Counted from the first letter of the stretch, positions 11,694 through 27,284 are shown. The stretch: DNA of 64,000 nucleotides from Camelus dromedarius (GCF_036321535.1 NC_087437.1:118174001-118238000); one strand, 5' to 3'. Numbers and translations: made by a program. Notes: generated by a model not told the origin, from the sequence alone.

Positions 11694-14069
11694 CAGAGAT
11701 GCTCCAGGCTCAATCTGCTACTTACTTTCCAGGCTCAATACTTTCTTGGGGTTGTTTTCTTTGTTTAAATATAATGTTAACACATCTATTGCTAAAGGGT
11801 CTGTCTCCCTGTATCATGAGTTTAGAAGTCAGAAACATCATTTTCTTTTGTTTCAGGCTATAATCTACAATGCACAGTTTCTAATTTTGAGAATGGGAAT
11901 TTGTCTTCTTCATGAATGCTGTTAGTAGGCTTTCTGTTTGCTCTGGGTCTTCCAGGGTCTCATTAGTGGGTCATTTTGGAATGTCAGGCTTGAGCTGCTG
12001 CTCATCTAAAATGACCTCTATTCTCACTGTCATGTGAACTTCCTCCAGATCTGTAAACAATCCTGTTTTTAATTACTTTCAGATGGCTGTAGAGTAACAC
12101 GTAAAAACTCATTTAGTGAGCAACAGACTTAAATGGCAAAATTATCATCCATTAATGGCTTTTAAAAAGAAAAAGAACAGAACCCCCTCTTCCAGTAAAC
12201 TTTCACCTGAAATATATTTTTCAGTTGTCCTACTCCCCAAAAATACAGCACAGTGAAAATATTATATCTCTCCACTTTTTGAATTCCAGTCTCCTGCATA
12301 CCTCCTGTACTAAGAATAATTAATAATTAATTATTAATAAATAATAACTAGTATTAATAATAATAGGTCAATGGATGGAGAGAGAGTGATTTCTCTTACA
12401 GTTTCCACTTGGTCCTATAAATTTCTTTTCAGTGAATGTTAAATAAATGCTTTTTTAATTGTGGAATTCTGTGGTACCTTAAAAATCAAAGATGAAGCTT
12501 TCAGGTGAAGCTACAGGTCTGCTCCTTAATCATTTTGATGTTGGTCTCATTCCTTTTACTCATAAGCACATTGAGGGCAGAACTGGGTCTCATCACCATG
12601 GCAACCTGAGAAGCTATGTAGCAGATTGCCTTGAAAATGCCCAATGACTAGAAGTAAAAGTAAAATGCAAGTGCCTGAGAAAGAGGGAGCATGGGCTCCC
12701 AGAGCTGTGTGTGATGGTAACAGAGCCACAGGTCCTGCACCACCGACCACAGCATCACCCTCTCTGCCCCCAACAGCTGTGCTCCAAAGAGAAAAGATCA
12801 CATCGCTGGTTTTAGTTTGTTTGCTGAAACGTGCTTAAAGAAAACCTTGCCTCATATCTATAATGTAATTGTTCTCCCCATCCTAAAATGCACAGACTTT
12901 CTTAAATGCTCACATCTTTTGTGAAACATCCCCTACCTCCTCAGGCAAAATCATTCCAAGGTCTGTGTTCCTGTAACGTTTGCCCACAGCACTCATACCC
13001 CACACAGTGCAGTAATCTCTCCCCGGAGCTCTCTAAGAGCAGAAGCCATCTCCCAGGGCCCTGGAGAGGGGGATGCTTCTTAAAGCACAGGTCCTACCTT
13101 ATCTATGATGACCGGACCCAAATGCGGCATCCAAAAACCACAACAAATGTTTCATGTGAAGTGCTGGGCTGATGTACTTTGATATTTAATGTGGGCAAAA
13201 AATTGTTCACTTTTACCTGAAATACAGGACAAAGATAATCATCCTTGGACTTGAACTCATTGATCCTAAGAGATAAAATTCTCCTTGAGTCATCACCAGC
13301 AGAGGTGTTCAGATGGGAAATTGTCACAGAAAATTGGGCCAGCCAGTGCTAAAGAGGGAGGCAGATTCTCGGGGAACAGTAAAATGTCTGCTTTTTCTAT
13401 TTTCCAAATCTGGTTACCCTTGGGCTGTGTCTTTGATGTTAATGTAACTAAACCCTCCGTAAGATTCTCAGAATTTTATCAGAGGAAACAGACACGGAAT
13501 GCTGGGCTCTCTCGTTGCTGGCCTCCCTGATGGGGAAGAAATTCATAACAGGCCATTCAGTGAAGCTCCAACGTGAAGCTGGTGCTCTTGTGCTCCTGCA
13601 GGACGGGGGCCCAGGTACCTGCTCGGCATCAGCAGCACCCCCAAAGCACGTCCCCACCCAAACTACACCTTTTCACTGGGCTACAGTTGTATCTGATATT
13701 CAAAAGGTTCTCATTTTTGCTTAGAGGAAGAGCAGGGATAAGGGTGCTTTAAAAATGCTCTCAGACCTCACCACTCTCGTTTATCCTAGCTCATTTCAGT
13801 TAGGTAAGACAGCATGTTAACGGAGGACCTTGGATGCACAGTGTGTGCCCGGGCCTTAGACATTTGTTCCCCACACAGTTACAAGCCTTGGAGCATCTGC
13901 TGTGCCGGATTCCAAGAGTGAAGGTCAAGCTCGCAGTGAGTGCCCTGGGGTCAGGAAGGAGCCCAGGTAGAGATGAAGCAGGGACACGGCATCATCACAG
14001 GTGATGAGACTTTCCTTGCTCTGGTGGGGATTATGGGATTCCTTCCTTCAGTCCTGTCCCAGATGGCAC

Positions 14070-14395
14070 CCCAGCTGCTGCCCACAGACAGAGTGGCGTA
14101 AACAACATACGCTTTCTTCCGACAGTTCTGGACGAGGGAAGTCGGAGATGTGGGTGCCGGTGTGGTGGGGGTGTAGTAAGAGCCTTCTTCTGGGCTGCAG
14201 ATAGCCGCCTTTCACCACATCCTCACATGAAGGGGAGAGAGCTCTGTTCTCTTCTTATAAGGACACTAATCCCATCCCTGGGGCCCCACCCTAGTGATCA
14301 CATCTCACCCTCATCACCTCCCAAAGGCACCCCCTCTCCAAACACCACCTCACTGGAGGTTAGGCCCGCAACATGAAGGACGCATTCAAGCTATA
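14070..14395 (-). mobile_element. MaLR LTR (MLT1A-like)
   Basis: 'acagttctggacgagggaagtc...ctcttcttataaggacactaatcccatc...tcacctcccaaaggc'. Confidence 0.8.
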
Positions 14396-16379
14396 AGAAG
14401 ACCACTGGAGTATTCCTTCCCAAGATTGTTCAAAATACATGAATGCATTTACATTCTTAACATCATTGAGCTAATGACCTCATATGACAAAGAGGCACAA
14501 CTTGATTCCTGAGTCGACATTCAGGCCAACTCAAACCTGCCCTAGGAAGAAATCAATGCATGACCCAATGTGCACTAAGCTAATGAATGCCACTGTCAGA
14601 ATGGCTAGTGACACCACACTGCTCCCATGGAAACCCAGACGGACCTTGGCTGTGTTCTCACCCCTACAAGAACGTAACCCAGTCATTTATTCTCTCAACC
14701 AAGATAAAGGGCAAAATTAGTAAGCTGTGCCAAAAGAAACCTTTTTATTTCTTTTTATAGGAATACAACCATGTTAATTTTTGTTTCATTAGAAAGGAAT
14801 GACCAGACAACAGATACTCATTGACCTTAGCCAAGATTTACAAAGAGCCCTGGCTTCAAGCTCCAAGGCTCCCCTGATAATAGCAGCCCTTCACTGCTCT
14901 GCCTCCCCTAGGGGTGCTCTGAACCACGAAGCTGAGCAGTGGTACCCAACATCCTCACAGTAGACAGGTCTCACCTGCATGGGCCACTTTCCGCACCCTC
15001 TCCTGACTGACGTTAGCTCCGAGCTTTCTCAAGTCAGCCACCACCAGCACGCCTCTAATCCTACCCCCAAATCACTACTTAGGATCCTTACGCTGGCTTG
15101 TTTTGTGGCTGATTTAGTTCATTGCTTTTCTCCACCAGGAGAACCAGAACTAAAGGAAGTGGTCCATGCAGAGTCGGCGTGCTTCCTGGGACAAACTTCC
15201 CAGCCAGATTCACTATCCAGGGAAGGGAGAGGTGGAGTGACAGCCAATGACAATGACTAAATCTAAACAAGTTCAACAAGGAGCTTCAGGAATTATCAGC
15301 GTATTTACCAAGTAAAGACAAATTAACCTTTTACAGCCCATCTGCTGTGCATATAGCATCCAGATGGCTTTCCAGAACTCAGAGCCAGTTCAGGCAGGAA
15401 AAGTCCCTTGGTCCCTGGGACCTCTCTGCTGTGCAGTGTCTTCCCCTATAGTCAAGAATCCCCAGCGCTTCCCCCACCACCAGGCCTTTGGGACGTGTTG
15501 GAGCAAGGTCCCAGCCTCCTCCTCTGAGCCTCCCTGCCTCCTATGTGTGGCTACCTGTGCCCTGCCACAGTCTGGGCTCTGGACCCTAAAGAGAAATTCA
15601 CTTAAACCACTCCAAACTGGTTTTTATTGAGTCCCACTCTTTTAACTATTTTTCCATTTCTAGTGGCTTCATCACCTCCTTCCCTGAGCATTTTTGCAGC
15701 CTCAGAGGATGGGGCTGAGGCACAAGAGGAGGGTCTGACTGTAAGCGATAGTAAGTCCCATTATGAGGCTTAATTCTGGACTTTCTACTTGCAGATTATA
15801 ACATGGCTATGGGGCCCTGTTCTCAGGTTCAACTAGCTGAGTATAAACACCTTTCTCTTTCTTTCTGTATACTTCTCTCTCTCTCTCTATGCCATGTGGA
15901 GCATCTTGGGGACAACTTATGTCTGTTTAAATGGCTCACTTATAAACAAACAAAAACTTACTATGGATGTATTCCTTAAAGAGGCAAAAGCCTGTATAAT
16001 ATTGGTTTTCTGATACTTTTGTGAAAAAAGAAAAGCCCAGTGCTTATCCACCGTCCACGCTGTTGCTTTAAAAATTTTGCCAAAGGACAAAGTGCCAATA
16101 TGATTGAGGAGGGGACACGGGGCCATCAGTTCTTATCAGCAGGATGTCAACTGTGTATTTGCACGTCAGCATCCTCTCCAAGCACCAGATACAAAACTCC
16201 TCTCGTTTTATTTTAATTAGGTTCATGTTGGAAGGAGAAAAAAGTCTATTCACATAGATTACAAAAAGGTGAAACCTGCATATAAACATACCACTAATTA
16301 AAGACATCTGGGAAACATAACAGATACAGATACCGATATAGATACAGATACATGACCTCATGGTAGATATTTCTGTTTC

Positions 16380-16640
16380 TCACCCAGATTCCCAGTTCAG
16401 GCACACTCCTTTCAGGCACATGTCTTACTGAAGTCAGACGTGGCCATGTGACTTGCTTTGGCTGATTAAATATGAACAGAAATGACATGTGTCATCTCTA
16501 AGTAGAAGCACTCAGAGACAGTTTGTAATTCTGGTAATTCTCCCCTGCTCTCGCCCCCTTCCAGGGCAGACGCTGAGGCTGCATCTTTGACGGCTGCTAC
16601 AAGATGGTAGAGACTGAACAGGCCTAGACCTCTGAGTGTG
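16380..16640 (+). mobile_element. Old LTR fragment (MLT1I/J-like)
   Basis: 'ggccatgtgacttgctttggc...gaacagaaatgacatgtgtcatctcta'. Confidence 0.55.
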
Positions 16641-18047
16641 GGAGACTGCAAATATCTCCCCAGCTTCTCCCCTTCCCCAAACCCACAAGCCCTCGCCGTG
16701 TACACTGAATGCTCCTGACTCTGCTTCTGGGCTCAGCCAGACCGACTTGTCATCAAATCTCTCCATCTGCGGTCAAGAAACTGAAATGGCCTCTAAAGAA
16801 GAGCAATTAAGGCCCTTAAGCAGTCAAAATCGGCAAATAAAGTTGTGCAGGTGAGTCTCTATTCTGACTATGGCAATCACATTTCAGGTTTTAAGCTGAG
16901 TATTTTTTCAGTATTCTAAGTTAACAAATTACTATGATTAATCAACATAACAGCAAGGAATTTATTGTTCAGTGAAGTGTGAGAGACTTCAAATTCACTG
17001 TGAAGATGATATTAAAGAAAGCCAAAAACATCTATTACTTCATAGTTTACTGTAATGCGCTTTAAAGACCAAAGATTTAATTTTTCATTTGGACTTTTTA
17101 ATGGTTTAATGATTTTTTAATGTTCCTTGTTATAATAGTAACCTGTACTGTCTAGCAAATCAATAAGCCAAAAAACAAAAAAGCTCCATCACCGTGAGAG
17201 TTTAGCTCCAGTTTCTCATCTCTATAAGTCGACACAATGTTGGTAGTATCCATGAGTTACATTAGAATGTGTGTGTGCAGGCACAAAGACACAGAAAGAG
17301 AAGCAATCATTTATAACCTTTTATACCATATTCAATGCTCATTACGATTCTTGTCCAAAAGCAGCCAACAGTCATTATCCAAAGATGTGCAAAACAGGAA
17401 AACTGAGCATAGTACCCACCTTGGCCTTTCCCGGCAAGTAACAAGGAGCAAGAATTCAGCTTAAAAACCATGAGAAAAGAAGAGCCACAGATTCTTAGAA
17501 GCTAAATTTCAGCTGTATCATTTCTAGATACCAAAAATAAATGAGGAAATTATTTAGGTACAAATACTTATATACAAAAAATACAAAAAAATACTTATAT
17601 TTGTACCTAAATAACATATTATTTATATATTCTATCTCACTATCAGATATATATACATATAGTATCAGATATATATATATATATATAAATCTCTCTCAGT
17701 ATCAGTGCTGGATATATATTCTGAATAGAATGTTCAAGAAAGAGGCCAGAGATACCACACTGCTCTGAAGACACCTCAGAGAATCAGGACAGCATGAAAT
17801 CAGGACTTCCATAGTTTCACGATATCAGTCCTCAGTATCGCCGAGGTCTCCCACAGACACAATCAACCTACCTCCCTGTACCTGGGAGCAGCAATAAAAC
17901 CCAACTTTCCTAATATGCACAGTGAGAGAAGTGAATTTCCATCCATCAGTCAACTCACTGCAGAATGTCTGATTCGAGCTGCATAAACCAATATGAAACA
18001 CTAATAACACATTTAATCATGAAACAGCATCAACCTTCAGCATACTA

Positions 18048-18362
<315 letters not shown>

Positions 18363-21300
18363 TTACATGGATTAACTGCATCAAATATATTTAGTGGAAA
18401 AATATTTAAGAAACCTACATTTCCTGACTTAAAGACCTTCATTCTGTTAACAATAAACTACACTTAGAACTAAAGGGCATGAGTATGCCTAAAAATAGTT
18501 CATCTACCCCCTAAGCGCATCTGGATGTGAGAAGTAGTTTCTTAAACAGAAGCTATGATGATAGGGAACTTCCCTCCATGTCCTCTGAGGACCAAGGGAG
18601 AAAAATCAGACCATCAAGAAAGAGTTAAAAAATCAGGACAGCAACCTCTCCTGGGAATCCTTGAAACTATGCAACAATTAAAATAACTCTTCATCAGTGA
18701 ATTGTTTCACGACAGTCGCAAAGCAGTTTTGTAAACAGTCATTCTGCCCCCATCACTGAGGGAAGGATGCTGATAAGGGAGCCTGCCCAAACACTCCCAG
18801 AAAAGTGCTCCGAGGGGACATCCACAAACTAGAGGTCTGGGCTAGAGCACGGGAGTGCTGGGGTCCAGTGCCCATCCTGCAAGCCCACCTGCCTGAGTTC
18901 AAATCCAGGCTCTACCACTCACCCAGTGAGCAGTTCTCTTGCCAACTATATGATGGAGACTTTGATAAAAGTATTCACCGAGTAAGTCCATTCTGATGAC
19001 TCAATCAGTTAATGTGGATAAAGCTCCAGAAACATGCCTGCCATGAACAGGCTGGGTAAAGCTACTTGGACCCACACCATCTCCCAATGTGGGGAAGACC
19101 ATGGCCTCCAGGATAAGGAGACACTGGTGTGTCCAACCCAGGTTATGCCTCCCTCTAACTCTGTAAGTGTAGGTATAAGCCTTACCTCTCCAGAGTTTCA
19201 TTTCCTCAAATTTGAAATGAGGGCGTTGGGATAGGAAGATTCCAAGGTCTGAATTCTAAAAGTCTATGATTTTCTAAGATATCCACAGAGACAACTTATC
19301 TTACCATCTAATCAGCTCTTAAAAAGTTTTAGTCATTTATGGGACAAATATGTGTCAAGAAAACTGGCCATGAAATTAATTTCAAAAGAAATGAATATAT
19401 CAACAGAGGTAAGAGTGAGCTTCTGAAGGGAGATCTCCTAATGGGCAGACGTAAAGAATGCTCTAAAAGAAGTACTTTTAAGATCGGTGCTAGCTCCGTG
19501 GTTTGCTAAGTATTCCAGCATTGGAGAGTGTCATTGTTAAGAGTACTGATAAGAGGATTGATCCCAGTCCCATTTTTAACATTAGTATTTTGTATTTTCC
19601 TAAGTTGGAGAATTATTTTCATTCTCATCTCAAACCGGAGAGACTTTCAGAAGTTTAGGGATCTTCCAAGACCCTCATTCCTGCACTCTGTGTGCAGTGT
19701 GATGTGATGTTCATGTGACAATTCCACATCTGCAAGAGATCCATTGGGCAATGATTCAGGTACTCAAGGGCCTGACCCCAGAAACATCATTATACACAGA
19801 GGGGGAAACTGCCTGCACAGAAAAATACCTCGATGAACAGACCTTTGTGGAGAGTGGAGTCTATGGCCATAAGTTGGAAAGAGGCAACAGAGACAGGTGA
19901 ACTAATCAAACTCATCAGTGAATAAGAATTTGCTCCTAGTGGACAGTGGGAGACAGAAAAGGCAGAGAATAGAAGAGAACAGGTCAGTGGCGAAGGCCTG
20001 CAGGAAGAGTCCATTATCCCAGGGACAGGGTCACCTAAGCAGGGGTATGAGTCCAAATGAAGTTTATGTGTCTGCATGATATTTGTTTGTAAGCTATAAA
20101 ATCAATCCATCTCCCCAAACCTTCAGTAAACAAATGGCTCAGGTGGAGGAATTTTTAATGGAAATCAAGGAAAGGAGCCAAGTTCTATGTCTCAGCCAGG
20201 AGACAACAGAGACAAGAGAAAGTGCCCAGGTGGAGATAGAGGAAGTGTCTTTCCTCCACGAGGCCTCATCACAGGAGCCACAAACCTAGAGTTTGGGCAC
20301 CTTCTCTGTTAGCATCCAAAGTCCCGCATCCTGAGAACCCTCAGTCCCAGTAACGTGCACACATACCATGGAGTGCCCTCTCCCTTTAGCTGACTATTGG
20401 CCTCACCAGCATCAGGACCACTGCACTGTCATAGTTAAAAATCTCTGCAACTGTTTCATCTCCCCATCTCCCAATCCAGCCCCAGATCTTCTCAAAGCAG
20501 GGATACTCCTATGGTGCACTGAACCCCATCTGCTCAGAATGGTATGTGGACGGAAATTCTCCACTCCTCTCAGGCTCCCAAGACCCTCCATGACTCAGCA
20601 CAAACAGCCCACCTGTTGAAGGGCCTGCTTCCTGCCAGTTGCTGCCTTGATGCTCCACGCCCCCGCCAGGATGGGAAAGGCAATCTCCTCTTCCCATATG
20701 CACAAACGTTGCCCCAACCCACAATAGACAAGTGACCCCTAAGGGGTTGCAACCTCCATGCCTGGACACTCTTGGTCTCTGATGGAAGGTGGGTAAGAGA
20801 CATTCCCCAGGCAAGTTGCTTGCAAATGCACTGTGGTGCTGCTAGCCTAGGGCAGGGACAGCATCCTCCATGCCCAACTTTCAAGTGTGTGCACCCGCTC
20901 CACCCACACCCCTGCCCACCAAGACGCAGGGTGTCAGTGTTTGCTGGACAGCGCAAGGAGGAAGGGACTAGGAAGGGCTCGGGGTACCAGAGGGATCAGA
21001 GGGGCAGCAGTGGTCACTGGGAGGGATTAGGGAGGTGGAGGCAAAATGCGGCTTGGGGCATTGTGTATGAGGTAGATGCAAGAGACAATTAAGGGGGTTA
21101 TTGTGGGCTGGGCAGAGAGGTACAGAGATGTCCACCATCTGTGCAACTATTATTACCTAATGCTATTATATGAACATCAAGACAACTCTAATAGGTCAGA
21201 CACATGCTATCACTTGCCTTTTCTTAAAACACCTTTATAAGATATAACCGGCATTCAACAAGCTGCAAATGTTTATTGATGTTTTAACATACGCACACAC

Positions 21301-23663
21301 CCAAGAAGCCACCACCATAATTAAGATTAAAAACAGATCCATCATCCAAAAGTCTCTGTATCCCCCTATGTAATCCCTCCTTCCCCCACTTCACAAGGCA
21401 ACCACTGAAGTGCTTTCCACCGTTATGGATTAGTCTGCATGTTTTAGAGTTTTATATAAATAAGATCACATAGTACACACATTTTTACCTGGTTTTTTTC
21501 TATTCAGTATAACTGTTTTGAAATTCCACCCTGCTACTGTCTCATCAATAATCCATTCCTTTTCATCCACTTGTGTAAGTAAGTAACAATCTGTTTACTC
21601 ATTTATCTGATGGTGGGCTCGGACTCATTTTTGGCTAGTACAAATAAAGCTGAACACTCATATCAAACTCTTTGTGTGGACATATGTTTTGAGTAAGTAC
21701 CTAAGAACAGAATGGATGGAATATATGGTAGGTGTTCCTCTTTTTAAGAAACTGCCAAACTTCCAAAAAGGCTGTATCATTTTCCTACCAGAAGTTTATG
21801 AGAGTCCCATGTGTTTCATATTCTCATCAACACTTGGTCTAGTCATTGTTTTTAATTTTAAATATGTAGAGGGATCGACAGTATTGTGGTGTTAATTCGC
21901 ATTTCCTTGAAGATTAACGATGCTAAGCAAATTTCCACGTGCTCATTAGCCATTGTATATCTTTTTTGTTGCGGTATCTCTCCAAATCTTTTTCCCATTT
22001 CTTAAAATAGGGGTGTTTGTTTTCTTATGATTGAGTATTTAGATGTCATATTTCTGAACAAAAGGCCTTTAACAGATATATGTCTTGGAAGCATTTTCTC
22101 CCAGGCAGGGCCTTGCCTTTTTATTTTCCTAACAGTATCCTTAAATAAACAGAAGTTTTTAATCTTGATAAAATCCAATGTAACAATTTGTTTTCTATGG
22201 ATTGAGATTTTCGTGCCATGTCTAAGAAATCTTTACATAACTCAAGGTTGCAAAGATTTTCTCCCATTTTTCTTTAAAAGTTTATTGATTTATATTTAGA
22301 TCTATGATCCATTTTGAGTTAATTTTGTACACGGTACAAAGTATGGATTGAAACTTTTTTTTGCATGTGGATATAAAAATTTTCCAGCATCATTTGTTGA
22401 AATAACATTTTTTTTCACTCAATTGTCTTTGCACCTTTATCAAATTTCAGTTGTCCATTTATGTATGGATCAATTTCTGGATTCTATTATTTAGGTTTAT
22501 AATACATCAAAGTCAAGAAGTGTTAACCCTCTTGAATTATTATTTCTACTCTTTAGAGTTCTTTGGGCTATTCCAGGTCCTCTGTATTTCAATATAAATT
22601 TTAGAATCAACTAATTAATCTCTGTTTGTTTTTAAAAAAAAAAGGCTTCTGGGTTTTCACTGGGATTGTATTGAATCTATAGGTTATTTGGGGGAGAACT
22701 GACATCTTAACAATACCAAAACCTCCAAATCATTAAAAAAAATTTTTTTCTTTTATGTCTCTCAGAAATGTTTTGAAATTTTCAGTTGAAGTGTTCCACA
22801 CTTTGAGTCAGACTTATCCCTAAGTATTTCTTGTTTTTTGATGCTATTATAAACAGTATTTAAATTTTTTTTCTACCTACAATGTGTGTGTGTGTTGATC
22901 TTGTATACTTCTATTTTGATAAATTCACATATTTGAATAGCTTTTTTTGTAGATGCCATCAGACTTTTTTAAATCAAAGATTGGCATCTACATTTGTAGA
23001 TGATGAATTTTTTCTTTATAATCAGGATGCCATTTGTTTACTTTTCTGGCCATACTGCATTGGGTGCAACCTCCAGCACAATGTTGAATAGAAGTGGTTA
23101 AAGCATACATCCTTGTAGTCATCATCTTTGGAGGAAAGCATGTAGTCATTCACCACTAAGCATGGTATCAGCTGCAGTAGAATTTCCTTAGCTGCTTTTT
23201 ATCAAATTGAGAAATCTCCCTTCTATTCCTGAGTGTTCCGAGAGTTTTTATCATAGGAGGATGTTGTATTTTGTCAATGATTTTCTGCACCTACTGAAGT
23301 GATCACATGTGTTTTATTTTTAATATGTTAATATAGTGAATTACCTTGATTAATTTGCAAATTTAAAATCAACTTTGCATCCTGGAGCTAATAAGCCCTT
23401 TTGATATGTTGTTGTATTATCCTTTTTATATGCCACTGGATTCAATTTGATAAAATTTTGTTCAGAATTTTTACATATATATTCATGGGAAATATTTGTG
23501 GTTTTTTTCTCTTATAATATCTTTGTCTTGTTTTATTATCAGGGTAATGCTGATCTCATAAAATAACTTGGGAAGTATTCTTTCCACTTCAACTTTCTGG
23601 AAGAATTTGTGTAGAATTTTATTATTTCTTCCTCAAGTATTTGGTAGAATAAAGAGGGAACCA

Positions 23664-23818
23664 AAATGAATATGAAAAGGAATATATATATATATATATA
23701 TATTATAAAATAATATAATAAATATAAAATATAATAATATAAATATAACTGAATCACTATGCTGTATACCAGAAATTAACACAACATTGTAAACTGACTG
23801 CACTTCAATTAAAAAACA
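23664..23818 (+). mobile_element. Short L1 3'-end insertion with (TA)n, nested in the old L1
   Basis: 'ataactgaatcactatgctgtataccagaaattaacacaacattgtaaactgac...caattaaaaaa'. Degenerate TSD aaagagggaacca (23651-23663) / aaagagtgaatca (23819-23831). Confidence 0.8.
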
Positions 23819-26212
23819 AAAGAGTGAATCAATTTGAGTCTGGAATTCCATTGTAGGAAAATTTTCTGTTACAAATTCAAATTCCTTAATAGATATGGGG
23901 CTATTCAGCCCATTTCTTCTTGAATGAGTTCTGGCATTTTATATTTTTCAAAAAATGTATAATTTCATTTGAGTTGTTGGATTTATTGACATATTCATGT
24001 TCTTAAAATTCTTTTATTATGGTTTAAATATCTGCAGAATGATGACTAATGTAAAATATTAATGACTATATATATATAGTGATTACATCTGTAGGATAGT
24101 AGTGTAACCTCTTGACATTGATAATTTGTCTTCTCTCTTTTATTTTCCTCTTAAGTGGATCAATTTTATTGATTTTACTGATCTTTTTCAAAGAAATAAC
24201 TTTTGGCTCCACAGATTTCCTTTGTTTTATAATATACTAATTTCCACTCTGATCTTTATTATTTCCTTTTTGCTCATATTGGTTTGAATTTAGTCTTTTT
24301 TTCTGGAGTTAAGATCACTTGAGATCACTAAGAGAGACCATTTTTCATTTCTAATGTAAGTTTTTAGAACTATAAACTTCTCCCCCTAAACATTACTTTA
24401 ATGACATTCTCCAAATTCTTAGATTGTTCTTTCATTTTTACTCAGTTCAAAATACTTTATTTACCTCCTGCTTTTTCTTTGACATAGATCATTTAGAAGT
24501 ATTTTTTTAGTATCCAAGTATTTGAGGATTTCCCAGAAATTATACTGTTAGTAACTCTAATTTAATTCCACTGTAGTCAAAGAACATACTTTATATGACT
24601 TAACATTTAAAAAATTCATCTGACCAGTTTCATTCACAATATGGTTTATTTTAATAAATATCTGTGTGTTCTTAAAGAGAATGTGTATTGTGCTATCATT
24701 GGATGGAATGTTCTGTATTTAAGCATCATTTGGGTCAAGTTGATTAACAGTGCCATTCAAGCATTCTTTATTCTTGCTCATTTTCTGTCTACTTCTGCCA
24801 GTTACTAAGAGAGGGACACTGAAATCTCCAACTATACATTTTGATTTGTCTGTTTCTTTTTGCAGTTTCATCAGTTATTATGTCATCTATTGTAAAGTTA
24901 TGTTTTAGGTGCATAAAAATTTGTAATAGTCATACTCTCTTAATTAATTAACCTCTTTTACATAATGACTTCCTTTAGCCCTGATAATATTCTTTCCTCT
25001 GAAATATATTTTGTTCATATTAACATAGGATACTCCAGCTTTCTTTTGATATTTGCTTTTAATTAGATTTATCTGATTTGATGAACATGGTATACCTTTT
25101 CCCATTCCTTTACCTTTGTCACATCTATGTCTTCATATTTAAAGTGTGTTTCTTTTAAGCAGCATTTGAATCTAACTTGGCAATCTCTGACCTCAATTCA
25201 GATTATTGGAACATTTATGTTTAATGTTGATTATCAGTATCATTAATTTTAAGTCTACAATCTTGTTATTTGATTTCTATTTTCACCATATGTTGTTTTC
25301 TTTTTCCTATTCTTTGTTTTGGATTAAGCATTTTTTCTCTTTTGTTGGCTGATTAGCCATAACTCTTTGTTTTGTTACTTTAGTGATTGCTTTAGGTTTT
25401 ATAATATACATCTATAACTTGTCACCATCTATAGCCAGGTGATATAAATGGAAAAAGAACTTTACAATACTCTATGTCTTTACTCCAGGACTTAGTGCCA
25501 TTGTTGTCACCCATTTTACTTCTATCTATATTAACATAAGACATTGCTACTATTTTTGCTTAAACAGTCAATTATCTTTTAAAGTATGAAGTTTAAATAA
25601 CCAAAAATGTACATGATTTATTTACCCATGTAACTGCCATTTCTATCAATCTTCTTTCCTTTGAGTAGCTCTAAGATCCCACCTGGTGTCATTTTCCTTC
25701 TGATTGTAAGACTCTCTTTAAGATTTCTACCAGTAAATGTCAGCTGCTGATGAGTACTTTCAGCTTTTATGTGTCTAAGAAAGCCTTTATTTCACCTTTA
25801 TTTTTAAAAGATACTTCCACTGGATATAGATTTCCAGATTTCCAGATCACTTTTCTTTCAGTACTTTAAAGATATTGCCTCACTATTTTCTCACATTGAT
25901 TCTGATGAGAAATCTATTGTCATTCTTATCTTTGTTCCTCTGTGTATAATGTGTCTTTTTTCCTCTGGCTGTTTTAACATTTTCTCTTCATTATTGGTTC
26001 TGAGCAATTTGATTATGATGTGTCTTGATATATTTCTCTTTATGTATCTTGTGCTTGAGGTTTGTTGAGCTCCTTGTATCTGTGGGTTTATACTTTTCAT
26101 CAAATTTGGAAAATTTTGGCTAATCTTTCTTCTACATTGTTTTTTATTTCAACATCTATTCCTTTGGGACATATGTTCCTATTCTATTTGTATATTAAGC
26201 TACTTGAAGCAT

Positions 26213-27273
26213 AAGTAAAACAAAAAGACAAACTACAGAATGGGAGAAAATTTTTGCAAATGAAACCAACAAAGGCTTGATCTCCAGAATATATAAGCAG
26301 CTCATACAACTTCATAAGAAACAACCAAACAACCCAATCCAAAAATGGGCAAAAGACTTAAACAAGCAATTCTCCAAGGAAGACATATAAATGATCAATA
26401 GGCACATGAAAAAATGCTCAATATCACTAATTATCAGAGAAATGTAAATCAAAACTACAATCAGGTATCACCTCACATCAGTCAGAACGGCCATCATTCA
26501 AAAATCCACAAATGACAAATGCTGGAGAGGCTGTGGAGAAAGGGGAACCCTCCTACACTGCTGGTGGGAATGCAGTTTGGTGCAGCCGCTGTGGAAAACA
26601 GTATGGAGATTCCTCAAAAGACTAGGAAAAGACTTACCGTATGACCCAGGAATCCCACTCCTGGGCATATATCCAGAAGGAACCCTACTTCAGGATTACA
26701 CCTGCACCCCAATGTTCATAGCAGCACTATTTACAATAGCCAAGACATGGAGACAGCCTCAATGTCCATCAACAGATGACTGGATAAAGAAGATATGGTA
26801 TATTTATACAATGGAATACTACTCAGCCATAAAAACCAACAACATAACGCCATTTGCAGCAACATGGATGCTACTGGAGAATGTCATTCTAAGTGAAGTA
26901 AGTCAGAAAGAGAAAGAAAAATACCATATGAGATTGCTCATATGTGGAATCTAAAACAAACAAACAAACAAACAAACAAAGCATAAATACTGAACAGAAA
27001 CAGACTCATAGACATAGAATACAAACTTGTGGTTGCCAATGGGGCGGAGGGTGGGAAGGGACAGACAGGATTTCAAAATTGTAGAATAGATAAACAAGAT
27101 TATACTGTATAGCACAGGGAAATGTACACAAGATCTTATGGTAGCTCACAGAGAAAAAAATGTGACAATGAATATATATATGTTCATGTATAACTGAAAA
27201 ATTGTGCTCTACACTGGAATTTGACACAACATTGTAAAATTATTATAAATCAATAAAAGATTTTAATTAAAAA
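26213..27273 (+). mobile_element. Young 5'-truncated L1 (ORF2 C-terminus and 3'UTR), same family as 4752-5679
   Basis: ORF 26577-26954 is the L1 ORF2p C-terminus ([13 protein letters not shown]...[13 protein letters not shown]...CTPMFIAALFTIAKTW...[10 protein letters not shown]). Premature TAA at 26445-26447. (AAAC)n in the 3'UTR, AATAAA and A-tail. Possible short TSD aagcat (26207-26212 / 27274-27279). Confidence 0.95.
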
Positions 27274-27284
27274 AAGCATTTTTC

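Noticed and set aside
11579..11925. His-Thr repeat ORFs (also at about 61000-61300)
   Set aside because: Translations of CA microsatellites.
26577..26954. 125-aa ORF as a gene
   Set aside because: It is the C-terminus of L1 ORF2p in a 5'-truncated copy with an upstream nonsense codon.
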